Position numbers and translations under genes: made by a program. The notes under the pieces were generated by a model. It had not been told where the DNA came from, did not search any database, and saw nothing but the letters and a program-made list of their open reading frames with translations. Shown in pieces: positions 52,501 through 64,000 of a DNA stretch of 64,000 nucleotides. The stretch's first letter is position 1. Every line of letters starts with the position of its first letter. Source of the DNA: Lingula anatina (Eukaryota > Animalia > Brachiopoda); the NCBI GenBank assembly GCA_051362555.1, contig CM120642.1, positions 1,364,001-1,428,000 on the forward strand, read 5' to 3'.

Positions 52501-55500
52501 TTTGGCTGTTGATCATTATCTTATATTGCATCAAAATCCACAAAATAATCTATTTTGTTCATCTTTATGTTCTGTTTTTCTGTCTGTACATTTGACAGCT
52601 TCTCTGCCTGTTTTCTGTTCATACCAGGTGTTGTACCATATGAACCTGAACAGTGTATCTTAGCAGACGGTGAAGTGATAGTGAGAGAAACTTTTCCATG
52701 TTGGGGGGTGGACATCAAATGTGGGAAGAGCACGGATGTGAAGTATGGAAAAACTACAAGTATTAGTTATGGACCTTGGGCTGATAAACAAAGGTGAGGA
52801 TAATTTATTTGAGATGAAAGTCTTCTGGATTTATCTGATAATCCCAAAATGTGGGCGTGGTAATTATGCTCCCCCCTCCCCCCTTGGACCCCCCCACACA
52901 GAGCTGCACAACTTCAGAGTTTGCACTTTTTTTTTTTTTAAAGTTAAAAGTCCATTATTATCTTTGAGATAATGCTTTGAAAAAAATTTAAAGGTTTAAA
53001 GATACGTTAGTTACTTTTCGCTTCAATAGACCCTAGAAAATGTGTGTGTGTGTCTGCGTGTGTGCATTTGTGCATATGTGTGCATGTGCGTACACGTGGA
53101 GAAGTCATAGCCAGTAACACGTGGAAGGGGAGCAGAATTCACCTCTACAAAATATTCCCCATTTCCAGAGAGTACCTGTGGAAGTTTTTCTACCCGCCAG
53201 ACTATCAGGACCTGGTGGTGACACCTATGGCAAAGTCTGGTCAACTCAGACAGCACAAGTCCTTTGATGTGAAGCTGAACATCCTGGCAGATGCTACGCT
53301 GGATGTGCTCTTCACCAAGGCCAAGGTCATACCAAATGAATGATACATTGTTTCATTTTCTAGTTCTCTACACTACACTCCATTGAGATGATATCCATGT
53401 CAATTTTTCTTATATCTATGTCTTGACTTACAAAGTCACCACCTTTACATGTAGGATATTTGATTGCAAAATACAGTAATTGTACCACCAGCGTTAGCGC
53501 TGGCGGTACACATGGTTTCGGTCCCGTCCGGATCGTTCCGCCGGCTCCGTTGGCTCCGTAGGCTCCGCCGGACGGCTACCGTTACCACTTCTCCTCCTAG
53601 ACGGTAAGGGCCCCCGTACCCATCTCATGGATTTAGGTCACCTATAATCTCAACTCGTTCCACGTAAAATTTGGGCTTTGTCGGTATTGGGGTCTGGGTG
53701 TGGCACTCATTGCAATGCACCCTTGTCTAAAAATGGCAAAATTAAATGCTAATTATCTACCCTACGGAAGGAGTTATGGGAAAAATTTCTATAGACGGCT
53801 TTCCAAAAGTCATATGTGTAGATTTCAAATATACCCTTGGATTTGACCTTTGACCTCTACTTCAAGGTCAAATGGGCCAAAATTTTCAAAAAAATGAAAT
53901 TTTTTACGAAAAAATTTTTTTTTGCCCTGTTATTCAGACACCACACAGACTTAACCAATAATATTATTGGAAATTGTTACCCTTCAGGTCATCTTTCATC
54001 TCCATGAATTTGGGGTCAATCGGTGCATTTTCACGGGAGTAGCGGCCATAAGATACCGAAACTGAAAACTGTCTCTAATTTGGGAACCGTTAATGCTAGA
54101 GACCCATTCTTTTTTGCATTTTGTAGAGCATGTAAAGCCCAACACTGGAGGTGGTCTCGGTTTTTTTGTATTCCATACGGTTTTCGAGTTACGCTGTATC
54201 AAAAAGTACATATTGGTGGTAAAAGCAAAATGTGCAGTACGGTAATGGATAATAAATTTTGAACTCTGGAAAAATAAAACATAAGGCTTGGCAAAGCAGA
54301 CAACTTGTGTTCAAAAATGACATTATTTCATCAAATTTGAACTTCTGAAACTTCAGAGCACCTCCTATTTCAAGAATTTTGACCAAAATGACATTTTCTT
54401 TATTTTAATTAATTTTTTCTGTACGAAAATTTAAGGCACATTATGGTAACTCCAAAATTATAACATCTAGTCCCTTATATCTCCAAAACTGGCAGAGATA
54501 GGTCCATAGTTACTATTGAAGTTGAATAGGAAGTCATATACTGGCAATCTTACTATGACCTTGAAATTGACCTTTGACCTACTTTTCACCATGAACTGAA
54601 CTTTGCAAATTTTTCTTCCCTTTTATCTCCAAAACTGGCAGAGATAGGTCCATAGTTACTATTGAACTTGAATAGGAAGTCATATACTGGCAATCTAAAT
54701 GTAACCTTAAAATTGACCTTTGACCTACTTTACACCATGAACTGAATTTTGCAAATTTTGCTTTCCTTTTATCTCCAAAACTGGCAGAGATAGGTCCGTA
54801 GTTACTATTGAACTTGAATAGGAAGTCATATACTGGCAATCTATATGTGACATTAAAATTGACCTTTTACCTACTTTTCACCATGAACTGAATTTTGCAA
54901 ATTTTGCTTTCCTTTTATCTCCAAAACTGGCTGAGATAGGTCCGTAGTTACTATTGAATTGAATAGAAAGTCATATACTGGCAATCTAAATGTGACCTTA
55001 AAATTGACCTTTGACCTACTTTTCACCATAAACTGAACTTTGCAAACTTTTCTTCCCTTTTATCTCCAAAACTGGCAGAGATAGGTCCATAGTTACTATT
55101 GAACTTGAATAGGAAGTCATATACTGGCAATCTAAATGTGACCTTAAAATTGACCTTTGACCTACTTTTCACCATGAACTGAATTTTGCAAATTTTGCTT
55201 CCCTTTTATCTCCAAAACTGGCTGAGATAGGTCCGTAGTTACTATTGAACTTGAAAAGGAAGTCATATACTGGCAATCTAAATGTGACCTTAAAATTGAC
55301 CTTTGACCTACTTTTCACCATAAACTGAACTTTGCAAACTTTTCTGCCCTTTTATCTCCAAAACTGGCAGAGATAGGTCCATAGTTACTATTGAACTTGA
55401 ATAGGAAGTCATATACTGGCAATCTAAATGTGACCTTAAAATTGACCTTTGACCTACTTTACACCATGAACTGAATTTTGCAAATTTTGCTTTCCTTTTA

Positions 55501-58500
55501 TCTCCAAAACTGGCTGAGATAGGTCTATAGTTACTATTGAAGTTGAATAGGAAGTCATATACTGGCAATCTAAATGTGACCTTGAAATTGACCTTTGACC
55601 TACTTTTCACCATGAACTGAACTTTGCAAACTTTTCTGCCCTTTTATCTCCAAAACTGGCAGAGATAGGTCCATAGTTACTATTGAACTTGAAAAGGAAG
55701 TCATATACTGACAATCTAAATGTGACCTTTAAATTGACCTTTGACCTACTTTACACCATGAACTGAATTTTGCAAATTTTGCTTCCCTTTTATCTCCAAA
55801 ACTGGCTGAGATAGGTCCATAGTTACTATTGAACTTGAAAAGGAAGTCATATACTGGCAATCTAGTTGTGACCTTAAAATTGACCTTTGACCTACTTTAC
55901 ACCATGAACTGAATTTTGCAAATTTTGCTTTCTTTTTATCTCCAAAACTGGCTGAGATAGGTCCGTAGTTACTATTGAACTTGAATAGGAAGTCATATAC
56001 TGGCATTATAAATGTGACATTAAAATTGACCTTTGTCCTACTTTTCACCATAAACTGAACTTTGCAAATTTTGCTTCCCTTTTATCTCCAAAACTGGCAG
56101 AGATAGGTCCATAGTTACTATTGAACTTGAATAGAAAGTCATATACTGGCAATCTAAATGTGACCTTGAAATTGACCTTTGACCTACTTTTCACCATGAA
56201 CTGAATTTTGCAAATTTTGCTTCCCTTTTATCTCCAAAACTGGCTGAGATAGGTCCATAGTTACTATTGAAGTTGAATAGGAAGTCCTATACTGGCAATC
56301 TAAGTGTGACCTTGAAATTGACCTTTGACCTACTTTTTATCATGAACTGAACTCTGCTAATTTCTTTCTCTTTTAACTTCAAACTTGACAGAGATAGGTC
56401 CATAGTTACTCTTGAACTTGAATAGGAAGTCATATACTGGCAATTTACTGTGACCTTGAAATTGACCCTTGACCTACCTTACGAAGAACTTAAATTTGAT
56501 TGTACCATATATATTTTTTGCAATAGTTAAAAAATTCTTGTTGATTGCATTTTTACAGCTTGTCAAGCACAAAACTGGTGGCTGTGTCCCTTATTTTGTG
56601 TATGTGGGGGTCTATACGAATGCGTTTGCTCCAGCTGGTGGTACAATATTTGGAGGCGGTATCGCCTCTCTGATCCTCTAGTTATGACACAAATGATATG
56701 CATAATGTGATAATTAGAAGTAAATAAAGTACGTACCAAGTTTTCTTCTCATTGTTGGTTCTAGGAGACGCAGGCTATACATTTAGACGTTGGTCAGGGG
56801 TCTTATTTTGAGGCGACGTTTCCCTGGATTACTGAACCCACTGGGTTCACCACACGTGTGAATGGGCAGCTTTTACTTATGGATGCTACAACAAGTCTCA
56901 AGTTCCGGTCTTTTGCTGAATGTGAAACACTAGAGGTAATGAGAGATGCATCTTGAGCTTAGAATCAAAGTTGCTATTATGATTTAATTTCTGTCAAGGA
57001 AGTTGAAAATGCAATGTAATATATTCAGATTCCAGTAGTAACATGCCTATGCTCAATCAAGTACAATTATAGGGAATTACCAAAACTGTAAACATTTAAT
57101 ATAAGTAACTCTTTAATGTATTTTACATGCATGCGTACAATTAATAAGGTTAAGACATAAAGAATGATAAATAGATATTTTTTTTTTTTTTCATTTTTCA
57201 ATGATTGATTAAATTCAAAGCATGTCATGTTCTTTTTATTTACAGTTTGATGTCCGTGCCAACTACCCTCTTCATTGGAATGACCCCCAGGACTGGTTTA
57301 TAGAGCTGACAGCCTGCAAGGCTTCAGTCTTCCTCATCTTTGATATCAAACACTTCTTTGTTGGTATGTAGACTAATGCAACCCATAGTTTATACATTGA
57401 ATATGCTTCTGCACTTACATAGCATTTAATTTGTAATTATGTGGATGGTGAAGCAGATAAACTTGTATTTATGTTGATGTAAGAATAATTCTGCCTAGAA
57501 TTTGGTTTATATTTTTGTTTCCTGCTTGCTGTTTAGCTCTTTTTTTGCAATATAAATTCATTTACCCCTTCAACTTCTTTATTTGTGTGTCTCTTTGGTT
57601 TTTAAGATATGTGAAAAATAATTCTACGAAATATTCAGTTTCATGTTGTATTAATCCATTTAAGGTTTCCTATTGTCTCCTTAATTGTAGGATGTGAATG
57701 AGGATTGTTAGATATTCCACTTAGACAATGTCTATGTCAAACCTTCTTGACTGACTAAGTTACCATCTTTAAATCCAGGATATTTGAATACATGTTCTGG
57801 TCTTCTTCCAGATATGTTCAATGACTGGGGTGACAAGAATGTGCCAGATATCTACAGATTTGTTCCCTATACCTACCACTTCAACCTAATCATCAAGGAG
57901 TTTGAGCTGCTCACTGTGGCCAACGAGTATAACTGGATTGATTGCTCCTCAGCACAGCAGGAGAATAGTACGTCAAACTAGATTTTAAAAACTTTAACAA
58001 AATATTTTAGGATTCCTGTTTCATATTATTTATAAAATGTTTGTTTCCATGAATCTAAAAATGGAAACAAGCCAGATTTAAGTTAAAGTTTAAATGACAT
58101 TATGGAAGTGAGACTAACGTGAGTATTTTACCACATATTTTCCAACTTAAAAAATCTCTGCACTTCTGAGTAGAAATTATGTCATTTTCTTCTAGGTCAT
58201 ATTGCATTTTGTGGGGAAAGTTTTGATCTGTCCTTCAAGCTTCCTTTCACTGACTACTTGCCAACCACTGTCCTGGTCGACCTCATGATTAGTGTGAGTA
58301 TTATATAATAGTAATGGCCTTATCCTCAGTCCAAATATTCTGGGAAGGGGTAAAGTGTTGGCCCTTGTCTTTGTCAACATGCCCTTTGATTTACAAGCTA
58401 TACCACACTGAGGGTAGTTGAAAGCTTGGAACGTTCTCATAATTTGGCAAAAATTTTAATTTACCAGTTTTTCTTAATGGTTTTTGATGAAGAAAGTTCA

Positions 58501-60688
58501 AAGGAAGGAAGTTGGAAATGAGCCAAGAATTTGACTCATGCTGATATTTATCATTAGAAATTTTATCATATATCCAGGGTGAAACCGTAGATGCCAGACT
58601 GTACGTTCCAGAGGCCAACACAAGCCGCCATGTTTTAATTGCGCTGTCAGAGAACATGAAGATCATGGACAGGAACGGGAACACGTTGGAGGGGGTCTTC
58701 AACAGCAGCAGAGATAAACAGTGGAGGAGAGTTACCAAGAAATGGTGATGTTCTCTAAAATAATTATATGATAATAACAATAATAACAAAAACAATAATA
58801 ATAATGATAATAGATTTAAATATGTAAAATATACATAAGAAATTGATTTCCGTAATAACCTGTTAAAATAAACACATTTAAGATATAAATATTTTAAATA
58901 ACTAATAAAATAATATTAATTACTACTAGTCTTGAGTTCTGCAAAGCAACATTTAAAGACAACAGCATTTAGATTAGTCATTAAGACTATATGAGAATTT
59001 TAATAAAGAGCACTTTTTGAATTAAAACATTTTTTGTTTCCAGTGATGGTTGGATAGACTGTTGGACCACCAACATAGCTGCCATCAAGATAGGCTACAC
59101 CTACCACCCTCAGCCAGCGCTCCGTAAAGAACACCTTGACGAGCAGCTAGCCACGCCCCAGATGGAAGAGAGGCTGCTTATCCCACTGAAACCCATCGTA
59201 CCAGAGACCACAGCACCCAAGGACTTTGACCCCACTTATATGGAGCCTGACTTGATCTCTGTGGAGTTAGAAGTTGGCCCCTCTGTGCTCTGTCTATATG
59301 GGTCCATACTGACTAATTTTCTACATGTTAAGGTATGAAAATATGTATAACTTGGGGTCAGTTTGTGTAATATGTTGTGTAGTATTAATGCTTAGAAAAA
59401 TGCATTATGTATTATGAATTTATTATATTAATTTCTGTTCAGTTTGTTATAAGTACCGTATAAGATGCAAATTCTAAATTTAATTAAAGAATTTGTGTAA
59501 ACAATACAACTTAAAAGTCTTTATATTTAGTTTAAAAAACTCTTTATATTTAGTTTAAAAAACAAAAAAAGGAATTTAATTTCTCTCATTTTCAGGAAAA
59601 TTATTTTGGAGAAGACCAGAAATTCACAGACTTTGACGATGTTTTCTCTCCTCTCTCAACTCCCTTCTCTGATGATGAGTTTGTGGAGGAGGAGGTAGCA
59701 AAGCCGTTTGACCCACGATATTATCGACCGCTCTCAGTCACAGTGTCCTTGACCTTTCATGACATTCAAGGTCACGTAGTTAAGGTATAGCCCTGTTTTC
59801 ATAATTATTATTGTTCTGTGTTTTTTGCTTTAGGATGTATATTTTATATGGATCAAATTATTTTTAAAACACTTTGCATAATATATCAATTAAGTATTAT
59901 CGATTAAATTCAATATGAAGATTTGTGATATCAAAGAGTTTTCCTTAACTAAAGGCTTCAATAGCCTACTTGTTTTGTTTTTATTAAAGAAATAATACAA
60001 GGCTAACTTGTATAGAGTTATATGCTCACATACAAACACACACTCACATATGCACTAAGACATGCAAACATGTGAACACTAAGACTTGATATAACAAAAA
60101 TTATAAATTTTCAAACTTTCATCTTCTAAAATTAAACTTTTTCCAGAATTGTAACCCAGATGATCCTCCATGTCCGACTGCCTTCTGTGAGAGGCTGGCC
60201 TTTGAGATGGACAAATCCTACCAGGAGACCAAGCTACAGCTTCTCCTGTCCCCTGTGGTGCTCATTGCCAAAGATAATGTCACTGTGAGTGGATCAGTTC
60301 ATAATAGGTTTAGGGTAGTCTTTGGAATTTATCTGGTTATTTTGTTGTTATATTTATTCTCTCCAGACTCCACGTTTCAGGTATTTTATATTGAACTTGA
60401 TTTAAGAGAGAACTCTTGGGAATAGCTGGTTTAAGATTATAAGAGGTAAAAGATGTCCAATATGTTGTCACTGTGAATGTATCTTTCTCAAGTATACTAT
60501 TACTCCAGAGATCCAGTGAGGATTCCCACCTTCAGAACGGTCAGGTAGCTCTGTCAGGACTACAGATGCGAGGCCACGCCATGTTTTCACACGAGGGACT
60601 TCCCCTGGATGCGGAGACCCTGGAGTACGCCTGGTTAATAGAGGTGACAGTAGGAGATATCACTGGAAAACTTACTGTGCCTCAGGTA

Positions 60689-60734
<46 letters not shown>

Positions 60735-63700
60735 CATGCGTGTGTGCATGCGCGTGTGTTAATAGAGGTGACAGTAGGAGATATCACTGGAAAACTTACT
60801 GTGCCTCAGGTTAGTTACTTTAAGTAAAGGCTTTTAACCACTAAAAAATTCACTGATTTCAGTGGAAAGTCTTTATAAACATTCCATTGCGTTGATGTCT
60901 ATATTGGGATTATAAAAACCATTTCACAAGTAAGATAAATCTACATACATTTAACGGCATGTTACATGTGTGAATATCATGTTCCAGGTCCATCAGCTGA
61001 TAGAGTTTATCCAGACAGGGATATTCCTGATTGAGGACTCAGAAAATGGTCTCCAGCATCCAGTGCCATACAAACTGTGCCAGCACTTCAAGCCACAGCC
61101 AGACTGTGAGATGAGTGCTAAGTACCCCTTCCCCTGTCCTACCACAGAGGAAATCAAGTACAGAATGACCCGAGTGTCTGTGGATTCTATAGATTTATAC
61201 ATTGTTGAGAGTAGCACTGCGCTCAACCTTCAGGTAGGGTGTCACATCCAGCACATTTGGAATTGTCTCACCTAACACACTGTCTCATCTATCACACTTA
61301 ATGTCATCCGACTCAGTGAACTGAATTGATGGACACACAATATGTATACTAAAGAGTATTTTTGTTTTTCCCATTTTGAAATTTTGTGCTGACCAATACT
61401 CCAGTTTTATTACAAAGTGCACTCCATACCGTTTCTGTTAACAGAACTGATATTGTTGATGAATTATAATAGCATAAAAATAATAAATGAATTTGTAATT
61501 TTTGACAGTATTATTGGATAGTATTATATGCAACTAACAAGAGAATTTCTACACCCATGTAGTCCATTTAACTTAAAAAATGTCACACTCTCAATGATAA
61601 AACTTTCCAGATCTTCCCAATACGACTGGCAACATGTAACCTCCACGGCAGTGACAACAAGGCAGGAGTGACTGGAGTCATACAACATGTGCTACTTAGA
61701 CAATACATAGAGTCTACACTGGACCACCAGCATAAAACACACCCTGACAAACACAGTGAGGAGACTGTACCAATGTGGCTGGAAGCTGGTGGCGTTTCCC
61801 TCGGCCCTGTGAATGTTGATGCTGCCATTGCTATTCCCAGCATGCAACACCATAAAATTCAAGACGCGTTTTTGAAGCTCCATGATAAAAAGACGCGAAG
61901 GCTGTGGTTTATGTGGCCTCCTGATCTCCATGTGATGAACCCTGATGCCATTGGCAGGTGTGGATGTGTGGGAGGCTGCAAGTTCTTTGGACATAACAAA
62001 GGTAAAGACGATGAGTTGGTGGCAGATTATCAGATAGCCAGTTCACATTGTTAGTTCGGCGTGATCCATACTTTATTTTCATGGAGAATATTTTTTAGAA
62101 ATTCTGAAAACATTCATCAAGTTAAGACTGCATTGGTTTTACATCTGGAGAGAATGTGTTTGTTTTTACTAATAGTAAAACAGTAACTTTTGCTTAACTG
62201 GGCTCTTTGCTACACAAACATCCAGTTCTTTTTAGATTGGCCATTTAAAAAGTATTATTTATACAAACCATGTTGGGCAACTTGACATCAGACACAGTCT
62301 GTAAACGTAACCTGTTCTTTCATTTTCCAGGTGGGATGACATTTTTCCATCTTCACACCAAAGGCAAGAGAAATGCCATTTATGAGGTCACGCCTGATGG
62401 GCTTGACCCTGGGTTTGGACAAAGCCTTCTACAACGAGGTCAACTCGTCTTTGAAATAGAGAGCAGCAGCCTCCCTTCAACATCTTCTCCTGACAAGCCA
62501 CATACTTTTATGTTCACCCGTGGCTACTTCAGTCACGCTAGTCCAACTAGTCCCATGACTACCACCACCATGCTGGAGTCTATAAACACCAAGGAGGGTG
62601 ATGTACATTTTGGTGGCAGCGGTGGGACAGGTACTGGCGGGAGGGGGAGGGTCCCCCAAAGTGCCTCGGAAGTCGTCCTCATGAACCATGGGTGTTACGA
62701 GGCTGATGGAGAGGACAACTTTGAGAACAAGGAGATTCTTTCATATCTGGGTTCAGGGACAGAAGGAGAGGCTTTGTCTGTCACGCAGTTTGAAGCTACC
62801 GGGAAAGGAAAAGACACTGTCTCCACTATATCTCTAGCTGGCTCCCTACAACCTGATGCATTATCACTGAGAGATAGGACTTCTCTGCTTTCTGGGACAA
62901 GTATGGTAGACCCCAGATTGACATCCTGGTCAAATCTTAAAGGTGCTGAGGGGAAAGACACACCTTCAGTAGTCTCCCTGGCTGGCTCCATTGATGGTCA
63001 GTCTATTACAGGGACAGGTGACGTCAAAGCCCCAGATACTCTAAGTAACCTTGAGGATATAAAGGAAGTGAAGGATACTGACAGCCTCTCAGATCTAGTA
63101 CCTGAGGATCCTATGCCAGATGCCTATGACACCGACCGCTGGGCCAGCACACAGTCTGACACGGCAAGTCTATCAGAGGCAGCCAAGACTCCACCCACAG
63201 CGAAGAGAGTGGAGCCAGGGATAAGACACTGGAGACAGACCTCTGAGGGAAGTCAGCGTACCCTGTCCAGTGGGAGTCCCATCAGTGATGCATCCTCCCC
63301 CAGCAGACAGAGACAACGGCTGTCTCCCAGGGGCAGTCCTGTCGTACTCCATCCAGGAATCCAACGTCGTAAATCATCAGAGAAACATCCTCATCTCATG
63401 TCGACCGGCTCTGTGAATAGTGAGAGTTATTATTCGGCCGATGAGGAAATGAGTGGCTCTGCTGATGATGACGACGATGAGGATGACAATGCTGCAAAGG
63501 TTGACTCTAAAGAGAAAGGTCAAAGGTCAGAGGTCAAGAGGAAAGAAGATCAACGAATTAACACTCCTGGGTCGACATCTTCTAGTGAAAGAACTATCAT
63601 AGGGACTGTGAAAAATAAGAAGGCAAGCTGGAGGAGAAGGCCCCTGGGCTCATCCAGTTCAAACTCTAGCTCCTCCTCTTCTTTTATTTCCGCGGCCTCA

Positions 63701-64000
63701 TCAGCCGAGGAGGGGACAGAGATCCAGGAGGAGGATTTGGACTGGGTGGATCTCCATGGTCAGATGGACCAGGCTATTACCAGCTCCCCCCTCCTCATGT
63801 CCTGCTACTCCAGTCACCTGACCCAGTGGAAGTGTTCTAATTGGTCAGCTCCTCCGCCCTTACCACACCTGCTGCCACGCCCTCTGTTCAACATCCCCAG
63901 GGGTAATCACACCTACCCCCCTGACCCTGGAGATCACCTGGCTGGTTCCCCCTGGATACCCCACTTCTCCCCCTGCCACCAGGGGTTCAGCCCCAGACTG
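49570..64000 (+). CDS. BLTP1: Bridge-like lipid transfer protein family member 1 (KIAA1109/tweek/LPD-3 orthologue), 5' part, truncated by the window end
   Basis: Exons: 49570-49789, 50239-50382, 50730-50898, 51182-51254, 51546-51736, 52248-52327, 52628-52793, 53169-53325, 56765-56935, 57246-57363, 57812-57967, 58196-58293, 58578-58744, 59044-59332, 59596-59784, 60147-60284, 60509-60685, 60988-61233, 61611-62001, 62331->64000. N-terminal transmembrane helix followed by YYNSRVIG; also SFSVLSGKIMFRD, WVIFRWW, PPRYMGEGFVV, YGPWADKQR, GLQMRGHAMFSHEGLPLDAETLEYAWLI and TRRLWFMWP, which I recognise from KIAA1109. Confidence 0.93.
51826..52015. mobile_element. Near-palindromic MITE in BLTP1 intron 5
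   Basis: GGATCGATCTATCTCCGAG...AAATTGC pairs with GCAATTT...GGAGATGGATCGATCC; the inner arms TTAAGCAGCTTA.../...TAAGCCACTTAA also pair. Confidence 0.7.
53477..56683 (+). mobile_element. HINE/DINE-1-type Helentron derivative with central satellite array, in BLTP1 intron 8
   Basis: SubTIRs ATTGTACCACCAGC (53479) and GCTGGTGGTACAAT (56634-56647); inner inverted repeat CGCTGGCGGTAC; TCCG-rich microsatellite-like tract; 3' hairpin GAGGCG-GTAT-CGCCTC; end CTAGTT. Confidence 0.85.
54470..56480. repeat. 146-bp tandem satellite, about 14 copies, inside the HINE
   Basis: CTCCAAAACTGGC recurs at 54481, 54627 and onward with a period of about 146 bp. Confidence 0.95.
60758..60811 (+). repeat. 54-bp exact duplicate of BLTP1 exon 17 3' end plus GT donor
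   Basis: GTTAATAGAGGTGACAGTAGGAGATATCACTGGAAAACTTACTGTGCCTCAGGT occurs at 60634 and 60758, separated by a (GT)n tract. Confidence 0.95.

Noticed and set aside
54579-56051. Repeated 86-101 aa minus-strand ORFs
   Set aside because: Translations of the 146-bp satellite, with no protein signature.
57779-57811. In-frame upstream alternative acceptor adding 11 aa to BLTP1 exon 11
   Set aside because: Possible, but the downstream TCTTCTTCCAG is the stronger site and fits the conserved spacing as I recall it; no other support.

Overview
AT-rich, intron-rich animal genomic DNA; the repeat types suggest a marine invertebrate, which is an inference. Two conserved genes sit head-to-head, 601 bp apart. 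On the minus strand is a complete myotubularin MTMR2-like gene (ATG 48968, stop 22636; 17 exons, 639 aa by manual splicing). On the plus strand is the 5' part of BLTP1/KIAA1109/tweek (ATG 49570, 20 exons, running off the window). The MTMR2 locus has unusual splicing architecture. (1) Intron 2 holds a 2.5-kb same-strand 16-finger C2H2 exon with no start codon before its first finger; it splices in frame onto MTMR2 exons 1-2. (2) Exon 10 exists as two intact, divergent 92-nt copies, predicting mutually exclusive splicing. (3) The 3' end and donor of exon 14 are amplified into a 39-copy 49-bp array of AG-[33 nt]-GT units. (4) Other splice sites are also locally duplicated. Introns carry an Academ-like 6.2-kb TIR element with a nested Helentron-type HINE, a second HINE with a 146-bp satellite, and several MITEs. 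No coding gene could be supported in 1-22 kb. All coordinates were read by eye and no database searches were run.
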